A DNA stretch of 64,000 bases from Lama glama (lineage: Eukaryota). The first letter of the stretch is position 1, and every line of letters starts with the position of its first letter. The notes under the pieces were generated by a model. The model had not been told where the DNA came from. It made no database searches and saw only the letters and a program-made list of their open reading frames with translations. Both the position numbers and the translations under genes were made by a program. This document shows, one piece after another, positions 13,931 to 29,359 of the stretch. Location: positions 17,114,001-17,178,000 of the forward strand of contig CM052818.1 in the NCBI GenBank assembly GCA_028534125.1, in the 5' to 3' direction.

Positions 13931-16829
13931 TGACCTGAGAACCAGATTTTTAGGCTTCATTTGCTTTTATTCCCAAGAGTAAAAGAGAAAACCAAGACTC
14001 AGATTAAAAGGAATCATTCCTGTTCGCTCAGGGAGGGTCATGCCAGAGTCTAGATCTCTGCGTAGACCTTTGACTCTGACTTCAGTGTTCATTTCCTCAT
14101 CCTCCTTGCTCTCACCGTTAGCATACGAAAAGCCTTGATCAACACCTGTTCATTAATGAAATGAATTCAAGAGACCCATTAAGATTTCTAAGCTGAAACA
14201 TATTGATGACAACAACAAAAAAAGTCACGACCTGAATGGTAAATATTTTCCAACTGACCTGCTTATTTCACACTTGTACCTCCAGTGGAAAGAGATTTAT
14301 CTATCAGCCACCAGTTCTTCCATACCATCTACACAGACCTTAGACAGACATAATCCTTGAGGCATGCCTGTGTATCTGAAGATGTAGTGAACATTCTTTT
14401 TACTGGTGGGTTAGGGTTTGATAGATCTCAGAAGAGGAAACGATATTCTGACATCAAAACCACAGTGGGAAAAAGCCAGAGAAAGAGAAGGAACAATAGG
14501 GCATCTTCTACTCTTGCCCCAAATCACAGACATTGAGGGGAAAAAGCTCAAGAGTTTATGGATTTGACCTGCCTTTCCTTTTCAGATGTCTGTTTTAGAA
14601 ATTAAGAAACTGAGACAAAGAGAGATTAGGCAACTTGACTTAGGTAAAAACTTTGTGATTAAGCTAAGTCTATATCCAGACTACCAAAACTTCTGTTCTT
14701 CAGCCTATTTATCCCCCCTGCCTTTGGAGGGTTATTATCAAGATCAGATAAAATACTCAGTGACTGTCTACCTGAGATTTCAACTCTAGGCAGATAAAAA
14801 CACAAACATACCACTTTTATTCTTGCATATTCAAGTGTAACAAACCACTCTTATTCTTGCACATCATAGCAATGTATGGACATTATACGGCAGTTGAAAC
14901 AAACAAACAGAAAACAGCAAATAAATAAGAAAAATCTAAGGCCTTGTTTATGGTTCCATTCCTTTGGGACTTATGATGTAATTCTATGAAGAAGGAAAGT
15001 GAAATTCAACATGTTGAATTAGTCTTCAAAAAAAAGAACCCCAAAATCAATATCCCTAAAGAAATCTTGATTCTATAAACAGATCCAAGTGAGTGTGCAG
15101 TAACACTGTCTATTGTTAAGGTGATAAAGTGTTTAGATATTTGTTGAAAGTTGACACTATTAAATAAATTACAACTTTTAACATAAATAAGAAAAAAGAC
15201 ATATGAATAATTGTAAGTGAGAACTGTATTATCTCAGAAAGAAGCAAAAAATGGGTTACATGTGAATTTTTAGAAGATTCAGAGTGCTTACTGGCTACCC
15301 CTTATAATTGTAATTGAACTATACTCAGTTCATTTTAAGAGTATATCTAACTTTAGAAAAGTCAGGTGATTATGAAATGTAGGTCAGATGAAGTAGTAGT
15401 GTAGATCTGAGCGCTGTCAGCCTGCCTATCCCAAATTGCTCTTCTGCCTTCTAGAGTTGCCTCTCAAAGATTACAAAATGAGAAGAAAAAAATACATCAT
15501 GCTTCTTCTCAAGATAGTTCTTCTAGGAAAATGATTCTACTTGGGGAGAATTTTAACTCAGGTGTTTTTGATGTTTAAAGTAATTTACACCCCACAAAAC
15601 GAGTTTGAAGGTGATAGGCCAGCTTGCTATTTATAATTTAACGTGTACATAAGTTTCCACCTTTTCCTAGAGGAATAGGCAAAAATTACTGCTAGGCTAT
15701 GAGAGGGGTCCACTATATTTATAAATGTTGTTATTAATAATAATCTATAACCTGGGAACTATGTTTAAAAGTAGTGAAGAAAGAATGTTATTCAACACTC
15801 AGCAAGTATTTATTTTGTCAGTTCTCTGTGAGGCACTGATCTTGGTGCAAGGTTTTTGTCTGCGTAAAGCATAAATTCTGGTGGAGATTCATTTTCCTTT
15901 TTTGAGCGGGAGCGGTAGTGCATGACTGACCCTAAATATTATTATCTAGAGAATCCTAACTTTTCTTCTCCATCTCCCTGAACCTCCTTGAATCACCAGG
16001 GCACCCAGTTCACTCATGAGATTATGAATCTCTTGTGGAAATTCTCACCTAGAATTACGCTAACTCCACATTCTTCAACATTTCAGTAGCCGATACGAGA
16101 CTCATGAGGCAATATACCCAGCCTTATAACCACTTGCTCGTGTCAGAAACATCCAGTTCCATTTCTGTGGTTCTGTTTCATGGGCAATGCAGTAGCATTA
16201 ATCAGCACTATCATCTGCATCTTTTGGGCCAGAAAATACTCATTCCTGATCAATGTCTATGTCCAAGGAATCTCCAAATAGTAAAATATAAATCAGCAGG
16301 AAAAATGGAAAAAAAAAAAGGTTTGGGTAGCTTGAAAATCATAGTGAGAGGTTGTAAAACCTGGAAAATCATCCATGGAAAGTATTTTATTCATTTCTAA
16401 AGATCTTCAAAGAAAGGCAATCCTAAATCAACTTTCCCAAGGCATAAAAGCTCTTTTTCTTTTCGAGGAAGTATACTTAAGAATTAATTTAATTCCTTTT
16501 GGTTATTGCTTAAGTTCATTTTCTCTTCTCTTGTTGTCAATAGATGCTTATTAAACCGTTATACGTATTTGTTCAAAGAATAAGAGATATAGTATTCTTT
16601 TAGTAATCTTTCTTCAAGATAAAGGTAAACTGAAAAACCAGGACTAGCACTGAAAAACGTGATTTATTTAGTTGGCACAAATCAAGTAAAAAAAAAAAAC
16701 ATCAATTACATGTGTGCTTAATTTCTAAACATTTTCTCATAATGGATTAATTTAGAACTAATGTCTCTGTTCTGACAGATGATGATAAAGAGATGGTGAT
16801 ATTTATTATCATGCAGTTGGTTGTAGCGG

Positions 16830-17040
16830 ACATTTATTGAAATCTTACAATATGCTTGGCATTGGATTGATTGCTTTTATATGGATTTCTCTCGCATACA
16901 TTTTCTGCTTTAATCATTATAACCATCCTGTAAGGTATTAACTTCCTGTAAAGAAGTCTTAGGTATCGTATAGTTAGGTAATGCTGGAGCCGGAATTTGA
17001 ACTCAGGGAGTCTGATAGCAGACCTTGCATTCGTAATCAC
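16830..17040 (-). mobile_element. MIR SINE fragment
   Basis: aaccatcctgtaaggta...ggagccggaatttgaactcagggagtctga. Confidence 0.55.
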
Positions 17041-18290
17041 TCTGAAAAATAAAATATCCATTAACAAACCCTATCACCAGCCACACCACACTAACTGTTG
17101 GCTCAGTTGGCCATGGGTTTGGCAGAAATAAGAGTTGCGTTGACCTGGTTAACTTTATAGCACACGTCAGATACAGGCAAATTTTTTTCTGTTATACAAA
17201 TATCTTTTCATACATAGATAAATGAATTTAGAGACTGTTGACTTCTGTGAAATCTCGAGTGCCTTCTTAAACGAGTTTAGATAGTTTTCTGGACACAGAT
17301 AACTAATTTAATCTTAAGTCAGTGTGACTTACATCTTTTGGAAATGTAATTATTCATGGTATGCATTTGTAGAGAAAGGGTATGAGTCTCCCTTTATGCT
17401 TATGTCAAAAGGGCTGCAGATGTATTAAGGGGATGTGATAGCAAATGCATGATGTTGTGAGCCCTGCCAGTGGATTTGTCCAAAGTACTATTTGGAGTCC
17501 CCCAAAGTCCTAAGACTATTACCAAGCAGTGAGAACTATCCAGCCATTTTAGATGGAGTGCCTTTGGAAATGAGGGCACAGGACAAACGATGTTTCACAT
17601 TTGTATATATTGAAAGTGAAATGTAACATTAGTAACATAGATTGAATGGATTTAGGGTAAACACTAAGTTCCAGAGTTACCTAATACTATTCAGTTATTA
17701 ATGTAGGGAAGGACAAGAGAGAGCTTCTGTATCGTAGTCATATTTTATGATTTTTCTGGGAAAATTCAGGATATTTTCTGCCTCCACTTGTGATTATTTT
17801 ACAAGCTTAATATGCAACATGGATATATAGACCATAGAAGAGATCCTATACTTTCGGGGATTGGCGTACAAAAGTATCTAATTTCAAATACTGTAGTGAT
17901 GGCAAAACTGAAAAATCTCAACTTATGTATTTAATAAAGGAAACATAATGGCCAACTAACAAAAGCAAATGGTATTTATAAGTTCAAGGTTGCACGTGCT
18001 TGAAATAATGAAAGCTCTGTGTAGGTTTATTCAAGTTATTTGAGTTAACTGCCGGTACTTGTGTGTGTGTGTATGTGTGTATACATTATTTGAATGAAAT
18101 TAGATTAGAATAGTTATGTGCAGTGAATTGATACCTGGATTTTATTTGGCTAAAAAAGCTGTCTTATGCATCAAAAGGCACTAAACATCGTATGCCTTTT
18201 CACGCTCCACTTGCAAGTTACATGAACTGATAACTGGTTCTAAATATTAAAATACATGCCTAGTTTCTCACTGCTATCCTCTACCCACAG

Positions 18291-18729
18291 GTTGTGTATA
18301 AAAACAATGATGTAAGATTGGAATTATCTCGACTTGCCAAGCAAGGAGACCCTAAGATGAAGATCCATGGAGTGGTGGCATTTAAATGTGAGAATGTTGC
18401 AACTTTGGACCCGATCACCTTTGAAACCCCAGAATCTTTCATCTCTTTGCCTAAATGGAACGCAAAGAAAACAGGCTCCATATCATTTGATTTCCGCACA
18501 ACGGAGCCAAATGGCCTCATCTTATTTAGTCACGGCAAGCCACGACACCAAAAAGACGCCAAGCATCCGCAGATGATAAAGGTTGACTTCTTCGCTATCG
18601 AGATGCTGGATGGACACCTCTACCTCCTCCTGGACATGGGGTCAGGGACAATCAAAATCAAGGCCCTGCAGAAGAAGGTGAATGATGGAGAATGGTATCA
18701 TGTGGACTTCCAGAGAGACGGACGATCAG
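18291..18729 (+). CDS. NRXN1: NRXN1-alpha internal coding exon ('exon 9', 439 nt): end of LNS2 / most of LNS3
   Basis: Acceptor ...ctacccacag|GTTGTG, donor ...GATCAG|gtaatt. Translates [50 protein letters not shown]...DFQRDGRS-G, recognised as neurexin-1. Ends in phase 1. Confidence 0.97.
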
Positions 18730-19344
18730 GTAATTGATCATTTTTCTATGCTATTTGTCTGCTGGAACATCCCATCCATTCCTCACCATCTTTAAGGAAT
18801 TAAAACCAAGACATACTAAAGATATCCTTCATTTCTGTCTTTAGAGTAAAGGAAATTGTTATTATTTCTGTTGCACATCGTATTAGAATCAGAAGGCACT
18901 AATTAATCATCCTAGTTGGGCATCAAACGCCAAATGCTCAAATGGCTCTAGAATAGCTTCTTAAGTGAACATTAAATGGATAATCAAGTGCCAAATCTTG
19001 CAAGAAATTTTGTTTTGCAAATTACAAAATTCGGGGTTCTTATATTCCCAATTCTCTCTCATATGTTTGCAGTTGTCTGAAGTGGCAGATATAAAATATG
19101 AAAAAAAATTTCAATGATCCATACATCAAATCCTTAGTTTAATATAGCACACTTTTTCCCAGAGGTGGGTCTGTGGTATCAAAAACATTTTAATCAGTAC
19201 AGTAGGATTTCAAGGACACTGGCAAAACTCTGCTGCCTTCCAAATAGCTTCCCTTTCTGATAAAAGAGGTTTGGAATTCCACCAACAGGAATTTTCATTT
19301 CTTTGGCTTCCTTTTGCTGCACTTTTTTTTTCTTTTTCTGGAGG

Positions 19345-19383
19345 GTGTGTGTGTGTGTATGTGTGCGTGTGTGTGTGTGTGTG
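19345..19383. repeat. Interrupted (TG)n microsatellite
   Basis: Direct reading. Confidence 0.9.
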
Positions 19384-19839
19384 AAGTGGTGAAAGGAGGG
19401 AATGTTATAGGGAAGGCCTGAAGAAATAACATTTACTTACTCTGAAATTTGGAAGTGGATTAAAGGGCTTTGGGAGTTGAGTAGCATTCGGTTTGTGGGG
19501 TAAGAATCATCCAGGGAAGGGAAATAGCATTTGTGGAAACCAAGAGAGAGAGAGAGAGAAGCAACTTGTTTTAGGTATACAACTATGCATCATATCTTTT
19601 ACTTTCTTCGCCCGGTGCTTTCATGCTGATTGTCCTCACTAACAAATCAAATTATCTTCTCGTAATTGAAGAGAGCAGAATTTAGATCTAGCCCATCTTC
19701 TCCTCTCTCACCCACTGTTCGCTTATTTGCTTTCATGCTATACCATCTCCTCTGGATATCCCACTAATTAGCAGCGTGAGCTTGGCTTAGGTTTTCTGTG
19801 GGCTTGGATTTCTTTCTTTGTAAAACATATTGGGAAGAA

Positions 19840-19960
19840 CCTAGTATTCACTGGATCCCAGACCCAGTGATGGTAGATGGACAGTGACGGAGCCTAGGAT
19901 TCTGTATTTTTGCACAGCTGTCCAGGGGGCTAGATGATCAGCCAAATTTGGGAACCAGAG
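19840..19960. mobile_element. hAT-Charlie fossil (MER5-like)
   Basis: gagcctaggattctgtattttt...gatgatcagccaaatttgggaacca. Confidence 0.5.
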
Positions 19961-22900
19961 GTCCAATGACACTTAGTGCTTCTTTCAGATCCAAGAAGCT
20001 GTGATTCACATCCTATTTAGGAGGGCCATGCTGAGGGCCTGGGGCAAGCTCTTCCCATCCCCTCCTTTCACAGACTCCCGTGTCACTCATTTATTCCTGG
20101 TTTCTCTGCAGCAGAACAGTTTCCTATTTTACAATTATTCATGCCTTCTTTTCCTGTTTACTGATCAAGAAGACTGTGGTTTTGGCCTTCCTAGAAACGT
20201 CTTCCTTACCCACTGAAAGAAAGAAAGAAAGTGTATGAAAGTCAGCAGGAGCTAGGGGTGAGGGTGGAGAGTTGAAGGAAGGTCGGAACCCATTGCTCTG
20301 ATCCTCAGATGCTTTGGAGACTCTTTCTGATTCATCCTTCTCTGGAAATTTGGTCTACAAATGTTCTTTCATTTCCCTAAAGAAGTTCAAAAGGAAGATT
20401 AGTTACCGTTCTGTGTAATCTGTGCTATGCTGTCATTTTCTGCCAGTATCTTAGATGGTTGAGAGTAGACAGTAAATAATTTTTTAAAAATATCTGTAGT
20501 GCTATCCTGATTCCATTAGGAACTGGATTCTTCTTTGTTTTCTGATTTAAGCACAGAAGAGTCCACTGATGGGAATACAGAAATACAGCAATGCAGGGCC
20601 TCCCTTTGGCTTCTCCTAGCCTGTTTCTCCCAGCGTTAGCAATTAATGTGCTACTTAAGAACATTCCAACAGAAGACTTAAGAAGAGGATGGAAACATGG
20701 ATTAATCTTTTATTTTGAAATATTAATTTGTGATATTAGAGCTTGACTTGAAATACATCTAGAATGAAAGTTTGGAAATGACTTTCAAGAATATATATAT
20801 GTATTTTAGTCAGATTTTAGAACAATCTAAAACATAACTGATCAGATTAAGTGGATATCTTTTGCAAGTTCAGAGGGGCAAAAACTACACTTCAGATCAG
20901 TTGGGTTTCATTCACCTAGAAATGAGATGTTTTCTAACTATATGAGGAAATACATAGTTAATGTCTAAACTTTAGTAAATGCAGAGTAACAGGAAAAGGA
21001 AATTAAAATTATTCACTCTTCATTTGATAATGATAATTTATACCAGGATATTTCTTTCCAGTCTTAAAGGATAATGAGATCTAATTAGTTTCCCAAGTTC
21101 CTTGGATGACTTGTTACAGTAAGATCAGCTAAATACCTTAATCCTCAAGCAGTGTAAAATCTACTTTTTCTGTTTAAGCTCTTTAATTCATCCAAATTAC
21201 CAAAAGTTTATTAACTGCCCTGTTTATGCCCTCATTGGAAAAGGTCAAAGCAGCAAATATCTACTTTAATTTCCAAAGTTCAGTGCTGGATGGGAAATTG
21301 AGAGAGATGCCTTAAGAGAGTGTTTACAGTAAGAAAAAAGTAAAACATGGGATTTTTGTCAGAATCCAGTGTAAAGATTAAGTTAGCATGCTTGGTGGTG
21401 TTCTGAGGGTAAAGTACTGTTACATGATTATGATTTCAGAGTAGTGAATTGGAACAAACAACGTAAAAACCAACGCTCATTCACTGAACCAGGTTTTACC
21501 CTTACTAATTTGGAAAAAAAAGAGACAGAGAGAGCTCATATTATGTTGGCCTTGCTCAAGGGAGTTTAATGTAATTTTAATAACTGCAGCTGTTAATATT
21601 TTATATATAGTATTTTAATTAAGTCCTGTATTTGCACATTGCATTGGTTTGGTATAAAGCAGCCTTTTAAAGACTGAATGAATAGCGACACTAGCTTTTC
21701 TTTTACTTAAAGGCTATTTCTGAGTTAGGCTTAGTGAAATACTGAGACTTGTAGCTCAGCGAAAACTAAGAAACAGAATTTCAAGAAATAACTTGTTTCA
21801 CCTCTTTTTCACATCAGCTATATTCAGAGGCCATGTGGAAATTACTCTTATTGGAATGTGGGAAATGATACTGACATGACAAGAGGGCGGTACGGGCTGG
21901 TTTCTGACTCATGGACGATGAAGGTCATATCTGTTGGTTTGCCTGGGATACTCTTCAGCTGAGTGTTTAAAAACATTTAATGAGCCACATTTTCTGTGTT
22001 GTTAAAGTAGAGGGAGCCTAAGCCTAGGAGTTAGTCTTTCTCCTATTGACCAGACTAAAGTCAGTGGGACTAAAAGCCATGGCCGTTAATTTGATGCTGA
22101 TCACTTTTGGCTGTCTTGGTCAGAGAGAGGGTTAAAACCATAATTGGTGGGCAGACTGAATTTTTAACATTCCCCAAACAGTTTATAAGGAAAACCCATG
22201 TATGACAGGGACTATCTTATTTATGTTTTACCCGCAGGCCCTGCTGCTTTCTTGTGCAGTAACAGTTGCTCAGTATATATTTGGTTTAAGAAAAAATAAA
22301 GAATAAAAACATGTGAATAGCTCAGTGCCAGCCCACCCCTAATATTCTAAAAATAGTAGGACCATCATTATACCTGAAGAGTGATAGCACTCTTTTAGTT
22401 GTAAATGCAACTTTTTAAAGGAATTACATTGCTTCCTGAAAGCAGTTTACACAACATAGGATAACAGGTGTTGTCTTCCTTTTATGAATGCGGTGTCATC
22501 CTCCAAGCTGAGATGGCTGAAAAAAAAAATGCAGTGAGGAAGTTGAACAGTTGTGAGAGAGCTATGATAAGCCTAGTTCCAAAATGACAACCTTTAATGA
22601 GAACAGGGCTGCTATCCCTGCTTGTTCATGAGACCCCCAATATCATTTAGCGAACACGTAGGCAGAAGGCAAGTTAATCCTGAGGGAAGGCATTCACTTC
22701 TTTCTGAGGACCAGGATATGACCCACAGTAAGCGTGCTATTGACAAGGAAGATAGTCCCTCAGGATGTCCATCTTTCTGGTAATTTGCCCTTCAGTCCTT
22801 TGTTCACTGAAAGGTGGGTGTATGAGTCCTTTGCTTGATGAGAAATATTACCTTTATCTGAATACTTTGCCAGAACTTCATTTTCAGCACAATTAACTAT

Positions 22901-25900
22901 ACCGGGTTATATGTCCCTTCTTCCATTCTGTGACTTGGGGCGAGGAAGAAGCACTTTCATTCCCACACTTTGACTAACAGAGTTCGGTCACCACTGTTCT
23001 CTCCATTCAGTGTAGCTTCTTCCATTGCCTACTGAGTCCATGACCGGTGACACGGGAGGCTTAGTGGGCTAAGCCATGAATGGTATTTTCAGATCCTGCA
23101 CCAAACTGGCAAAGGAGGAACCAGCCTGATTTTGTGGATCAGAGTGTATGTCATGAGTTCCACAGAAAGTGGATTTGCTCTATGGATAGCTTAGCTACTT
23201 AGAAGAGCAAAATCCCTAAGTTGCTGAGTTAATAGTATGATTGAAGGGGCTCATTACTCTGCAGACTTTGCCAGAGTCACAGCTACATGTGTTCTCACCA
23301 GCGCCTCCTCCTTTCCAGGGCTCCCCTTTCCCCCTCTTTTGCTCCCAAACTCAATACAAGACAGCTGCCCAGGTGTTTAGCTAAAGTGTGAGTTGCGTTA
23401 AAATTAGGAGGAGGTTAATGACTGTTTTCTTGGGGGACAGATACTGTTTAAATGTGTGTTAAGCTCTTTGGCTCAGTCAAGGGTATCCTCTTAAGCATTT
23501 TCGTAGCAAACTGCCAGTCATTTTTTTTTTTTTTGCAAACCATCATTACACATTGAAATCAAAGAGAAAACTCATTATTCTTGTCAAATTCTGCTTGTGT
23601 ACAGCAGGGTACAGCAGATTGTATCAGCAGTTATTCATGGGTAAGCCTACATTTAACAGCTAAGAAGCCATTGAGATTTGAAGTCATAGAGTTCCAGTTT
23701 GAGAACTGGAAATTATAGTGGGAAAAGCATAAGGCTCTCCCCAGAGCACATAATTAGAGGTTTATAGTAATCACGGTTTGATGTGAACGGCACTTTCCAG
23801 CTATCTATTACCAGCACTGATTTCTGTGTACACCGTCTACTTGAACAACCATTAGACAGTTTCTCTATTTAGGTCTTGATTTGAATTTGCCCTCTGACTA
23901 TAAACATTCCTCCCATGCCTCTACCTAGTAGCCTGTTGAAGTAACTTTAAGTACATGTATAAATGCTTTATTTTGTATCCATGTCCATAAACGACTACCC
24001 ATCAATGGGAAGACTGAAATACCTTTTCAGTAATTTATCAGTTACTTGACTATCCTACTGACTAGACAGAGTCAATTTTGCATATAATTATGTTGTTAAA
24101 TTTTATTAAATTGATGCTTATGTTTATTTATTTATTTTGAACATATTTAAAAAGAAAAAAATTCATCTGTTGCCTTCTTTTCCCACTCAAAACATTTTCG
24201 GTTTTGCACATTTTCTTCTAGTTTTTGTTAACATGTACATATATTTTACGTAGTTGCAATTAAAATATAAACTTAATTTTTCAGACAATTGGTTTAATAT
24301 GAAGTCATAAACTCTTTTTTTACATAAACGTATCTAACTAACAAACATTGTTCTCTGGGGGTTACAAAAATAGCATCTGAGAATCAGAGCAGAGCTTTGC
24401 AGAGACACCTTAACCAGGCTTCTGGGCTTGTGGGACTCAACTGTATTCAAATGTAGAGTGTCTATAGAGAAGAAAGTCACAGTGACAAACATTGGCAGTG
24501 CCCATCTAAGCACTGCCCAGGGTGCTTGACTACTTCACCCACACTGTAGAGATGGAGGCAGGTCATCTTTATTGGGATGAGGGAGGGTATCAGATCATCC
24601 TAGGCTAATATCACTACACATTTCTTTACCTGATGCACTCTCCTTATGTTCCTCACTCTTCTGAGTAAGAGTTAGCTCCCATTGTGAGTCTGATTGCAGT
24701 AGAAGCACAAAATGGACCTGTCATATGAGTATTCTGGTTCCTGTAACAATTAAAGATCCCACTGTAAATGAATAAATGCACATTTAGATTATAAATTGGC
24801 ATCCCGCATTGGCAGAACTACCTAGGAAGCATTGCCTATCCTATGATAGTTAATTTCTCATAGAGAATTAGTAACTTGGCATTCTCATTTTATACGTTGG
24901 TCTTGTGGGCTTGGTAAATATCCGTCAAACCCTGAGAGATGGCTCCTCGCTCTTTAAATCCACTAAATCTCCTTTCTAGGCCTACCAGGCCAAGGGACAG
25001 ACCCTGGACTATGGTGCCAGTTGTCTCCTCAGAAAACAGGCAATTACCTGACCACACCCAGCTATAGTGACCATCACTGTAAAGTGCTGAGTAGAAATCT
25101 ATGGAACTTCTGCAAAATAATATTTTAATTGCTGCAGAATATGCCACTTAATTCATAGTCAGAATTTCCCAGCATTATATATGATCATTTAAAAAATTCC
25201 TATGTATATACATACGTTGCTGTGAGTGTGTGTTTGTATATGTGCCTGTGCTTAATTCATGACATGCCTATAACATATAAATATGTGTTACTGGTGAAAA
25301 AGTTTAGGCAAATCAAAAAGTACGTAAATGAAGAGTTTTCCTTTGCCACACACTTCCCTCATTCACTCCCACCTCCATAGGTAAAATAGTTTGGTGTTGA
25401 AATATTCCTAGGTATTTTACTGTGCACCAGCATATCTAGAAATATAATTACACATATAAATGTAGAGCTTCTTTTTTTTCTATGGCATCCTTTGTAGTCA
25501 CATCATATAGCCCTTAGTTTGACTATAACACAAGTTCACTGTTTTAAACTAATTCATAAAGAAAGCCTTCATATTTTATCTTTATACATATTGGTCAGAA
25601 TTTCAGTAGGATACATTGTGAGAACTGATATTGCTGGGTTAACTGCATTTTTAATTTTACAAGATAATGACAGGTTATTTTACTAACAGGCTGTTTCAGT
25701 CTGCCCTCTTATCTGCAGTATATGAGGTACCCTTTTCTCTTCTCTCTTGGCCTTTACTAGATATTATCAAACTTTTCAATTTTGGTCTGAGATTTATTTT
25801 TTCATGTATCTATTTAATTTCTGAAATTCCTGGCTCACAGTAATCCAGGTAAGTAGGAAACATCTGGTAATAGGCAAAAACCAGAATATCAAGATTGTTT

Positions 25901-28900
25901 TTTTGTTTTCAAGCAAAGTTTATTTCAGTTCCTATTATAAATGTAATCCATAACATTGTTTTTAAAAATGACACAGAAAACTAAAAAGAGAGAGAGAGGA
26001 AGGAAGGAATAAAGCTATCCACTCATAATTCCATGACTCCAAAACTACCATTATTAATATTTTGGTTCTTTTTCTTTTCTTTTTTTTTTTTTTTTGCTAT
26101 TCATTTATGGGAATTGTGTATTTTGCATCATACTGCGTAATCAATGCTTCATTCTGCTTTTATCACTTATATTTTGCCTTTTTACTGTGTTTAAATTTGT
26201 TAATAGAATACTAAATTTGACAAGTAAACTTGTAAGTTTGTGGAATCTTATTTTCTGTAGTGAGTGGTGAAGCAGAGCTATGGTTAGATAAAATTTATAT
26301 TTAACTACAGAATTATTTTAAGCAGTAATTTAAAAACTTTTCACTCACCAAAGAATCTCAGTGGCCATCTAGTCAAGTCCTTTATTTTGCATAAGAGCCA
26401 CATGAGGCCTTATTTGGTTAAGTTCTCCAGCTAGTTAGTTGCAAAGCCAGAACATGAAAATTGGTTTCCTCTGATCAGGCAAAATCATTACTCACTAGAG
26501 CACACAATTTTCTACTCCCTCACTTCCCAATCACTTATGCTTTTGCAGTAATTTAAAAGTTGAAACCAGATTAATTTATTTTAAGTCTCACCTTTACTTC
26601 GTGTTTGTTTTCACTGCATAAGCTAATCTTCTGGAAATGGAATAGCCAAGAAAAACTGGATGAGAAAGGGCGGAAGTGAACAGTTTATAAATACCAGACC
26701 AAATCATAAAGTTGATTTCCATTTCCATAACTAAGAACTGCTTCGACAGTTCTTCCCCTTTTATGTATAATTTTACATAAAATGTGAATTATTTACATTT
26801 ACGAATATTCTTAAATAAATAATACCCTGTCTGTTTATCACCTTTGTTTTACCTTTTGCATATGCCATGGAAACAACTAGGTTTAAATGTTCACATAAGT
26901 AGGTGTGATTTCTACATTAAAATATAAAAGTCCTATGTACACAAATATAATTTCATTTCTAGCCAAAATTTCATTTCTTTAAAAAAGTAAAATAACATGG
27001 CAGGGTGCTTTGGATTCTTAAATATTGAAGTATGAAGCACGGATCCAAATAAGTCCCTAAATATGACTACCGTCTACAAATTGTGCCAGCTCAGATATAA
27101 CAGTGTTTACAGAAAATATTTGTTTAATTTACCAGAAACTTCACTTGTAATTATAGTGGAAGAAGGTAGAATGGGTGAAATAATCAAGCTGTTCCAAAGA
27201 GAAGATATCAATATTTGTAGTTCCTGGAAAAAGATAGAGGGTAAACCAATAATACACTTGGATTTTTGTTTTCTCTTAAGTATTTATTTATGTGTGGTCA
27301 TACCTGAGCCTTTGGAGAATTATTTCTATTGATACATACAGCTGTGGCAACTGCTCATTGTCTTTATTTGTTGATGAATGATGCTTTACCACCTTTGCCA
27401 TGTTTTCTTGGTAACCACTGCCTTTATAACTCAATTATAGTGAAATAGGCACTTGGGAACCTGAATATTGACATTTCACTATGCTTCTCAGTGTTAAATT
27501 GATTTAAATGAATTCAGAGATTTTATGACGAGTCCTTTATTTAGTTGAAAAGTTCCTTTGATTCGTATCCTTAATAAAATCATTAAGGAATTAGATATTC
27601 AAAGCCCTTATCAGAAAAATGTGAGCATTTCAGGACATTTGCACATGTGTAGGCTAAAATATAAACATCCATTTGAGTTTAAGTAATAAAAAATAAATTA
27701 TTATTTCAAATAAAGTTTTTTACTCTTTGAATCTTCCAAATATAAAAACTGTTTTCTGTTCCCGCTCAAGTTCTCCCCCTGCCCCCCTTTTTTTGCCATC
27801 CCTTTTACAAAGATTTTCTCACGTGCGAGTGAATTAGCAAAGCATGTGGAGCAAGTAGTTAATTTTCTGTTGTGGTTGTTTCATCCTGTTCTGTTTGTTT
27901 GCAGAACATTCCAATGAATGATATCTGATACATGCGTTTGCTAGGTGAGGCTCCATACCTTGAATCCGGGGTTATGTTATTGTGTAATTCCTCTTGGATA
28001 ATATTTGAGTTGAAGTTAGGGTTCTATTTCTTTGGCTACCTTTCCCACCTTTCATTGCTACTGCTTCCTGTGAGAACTCTAAAATTGTCTCTCAAGGGGA
28101 TGATAAGGAGCTGGGAGGTAAACGACCTTGTCCTTTATGGTAGTCACCTCCCAGTGTTCTTTGAACTATGCATTGCAACCTGTTAGTTGGTCCTGAAATC
28201 AATTTGGTAGGTCATATCTAGCATTTGTATTAATAAACTTACATAATAATAATAAAAACAAAAAGCAGAGTGCCTCATAGGCAGTAGAGTTAAGTATTTT
28301 TTCTGTTCAGCAGTTTCAGTGTGTGTCTGTGTACGTGTGTGTGTATAAGCGGGTGTGCACTGGGCTGCTCATTAACTATATGAAAACTGTGGATTAAAGT
28401 TAGGTGTTGTGATCAGAAAATTTTAGTCTAATCGCAGAGTTGGAGTGAACATCTTACTCTGACCACAACAAGCACTTTCATAAAGACATATCTGAACTCT
28501 CTTAAATACTTTGTTCAGAGCAGGCACTAACACACCATAAATAAAAAATTAAGAGATCCGGTCACTCCATTTTGTCAGACTCTTCATGGACGGTTGTCTG
28601 AAACACTTGGCAGCAGATTTGCCCCTGAGAGTGTGGACACACTGAACATGGAAACTCCAGAGGGTGCTGGGCTCTGCAGACTCAGTGAGGGGGACGGAAG
28701 CAGTACGCAAGCCGCTGCATTCCTTCATCTCAGCCATCCACCAAGCATTCTGAGTGTCAGAATTATAACACCACGAATAAGGACAAGACGGTTTTTCTGA
28801 GTGCTTTCCCTACCGTGAGCTAAATCAAGCTTGTTCCACAAATCGAAAGGCACATGGGGAAAAATTGCATATTTAAAAAAAAAAATTCCCCCCTCATATT

Positions 28901-29071
28901 TAACTTTGTCATTGTTCACTTGCTCTGTGTCTCCTAACAGTTGCCTCTCACTATTATGTATTCATTTCTAGGAAGTCTTCTTGAGCTAATTGGAAAATGG
29001 GATGGCACATTTCTCGCTTTCATTTTAAAAACATAAGTCACGGTGTGCATTGCATACAATACTTCACTTTC

Positions 29072-29075
<4 letters not shown>

Positions 29076-29112
<37 letters not shown>
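29076..29112. repeat. (GT)n microsatellite
   Basis: Direct reading. Confidence 0.95.
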
Positions 29113-29114
<2 letters not shown>

Positions 29115-29359
29115 AATGCCTACCTTTCCTTCTGTCATTAATACTTACTCTTTCTCATTGTTTTAATTTACATTAGCTGCTGCAGAGGGTAGGGATCATC
29201 TGTGAACTTACTTCTTAGGGCCTTTGGACAGTTAAAAATGCCTGTAATGAAATTCTATTTAGAAAAGTGTCACATTTCTCTCTCAAAATAATGTATTTCA
29301 TTTCCTCTAAGTGATGTTTAAAATATTTTTCTAAGGATTTTCTGGTTCCTGTATTTCCT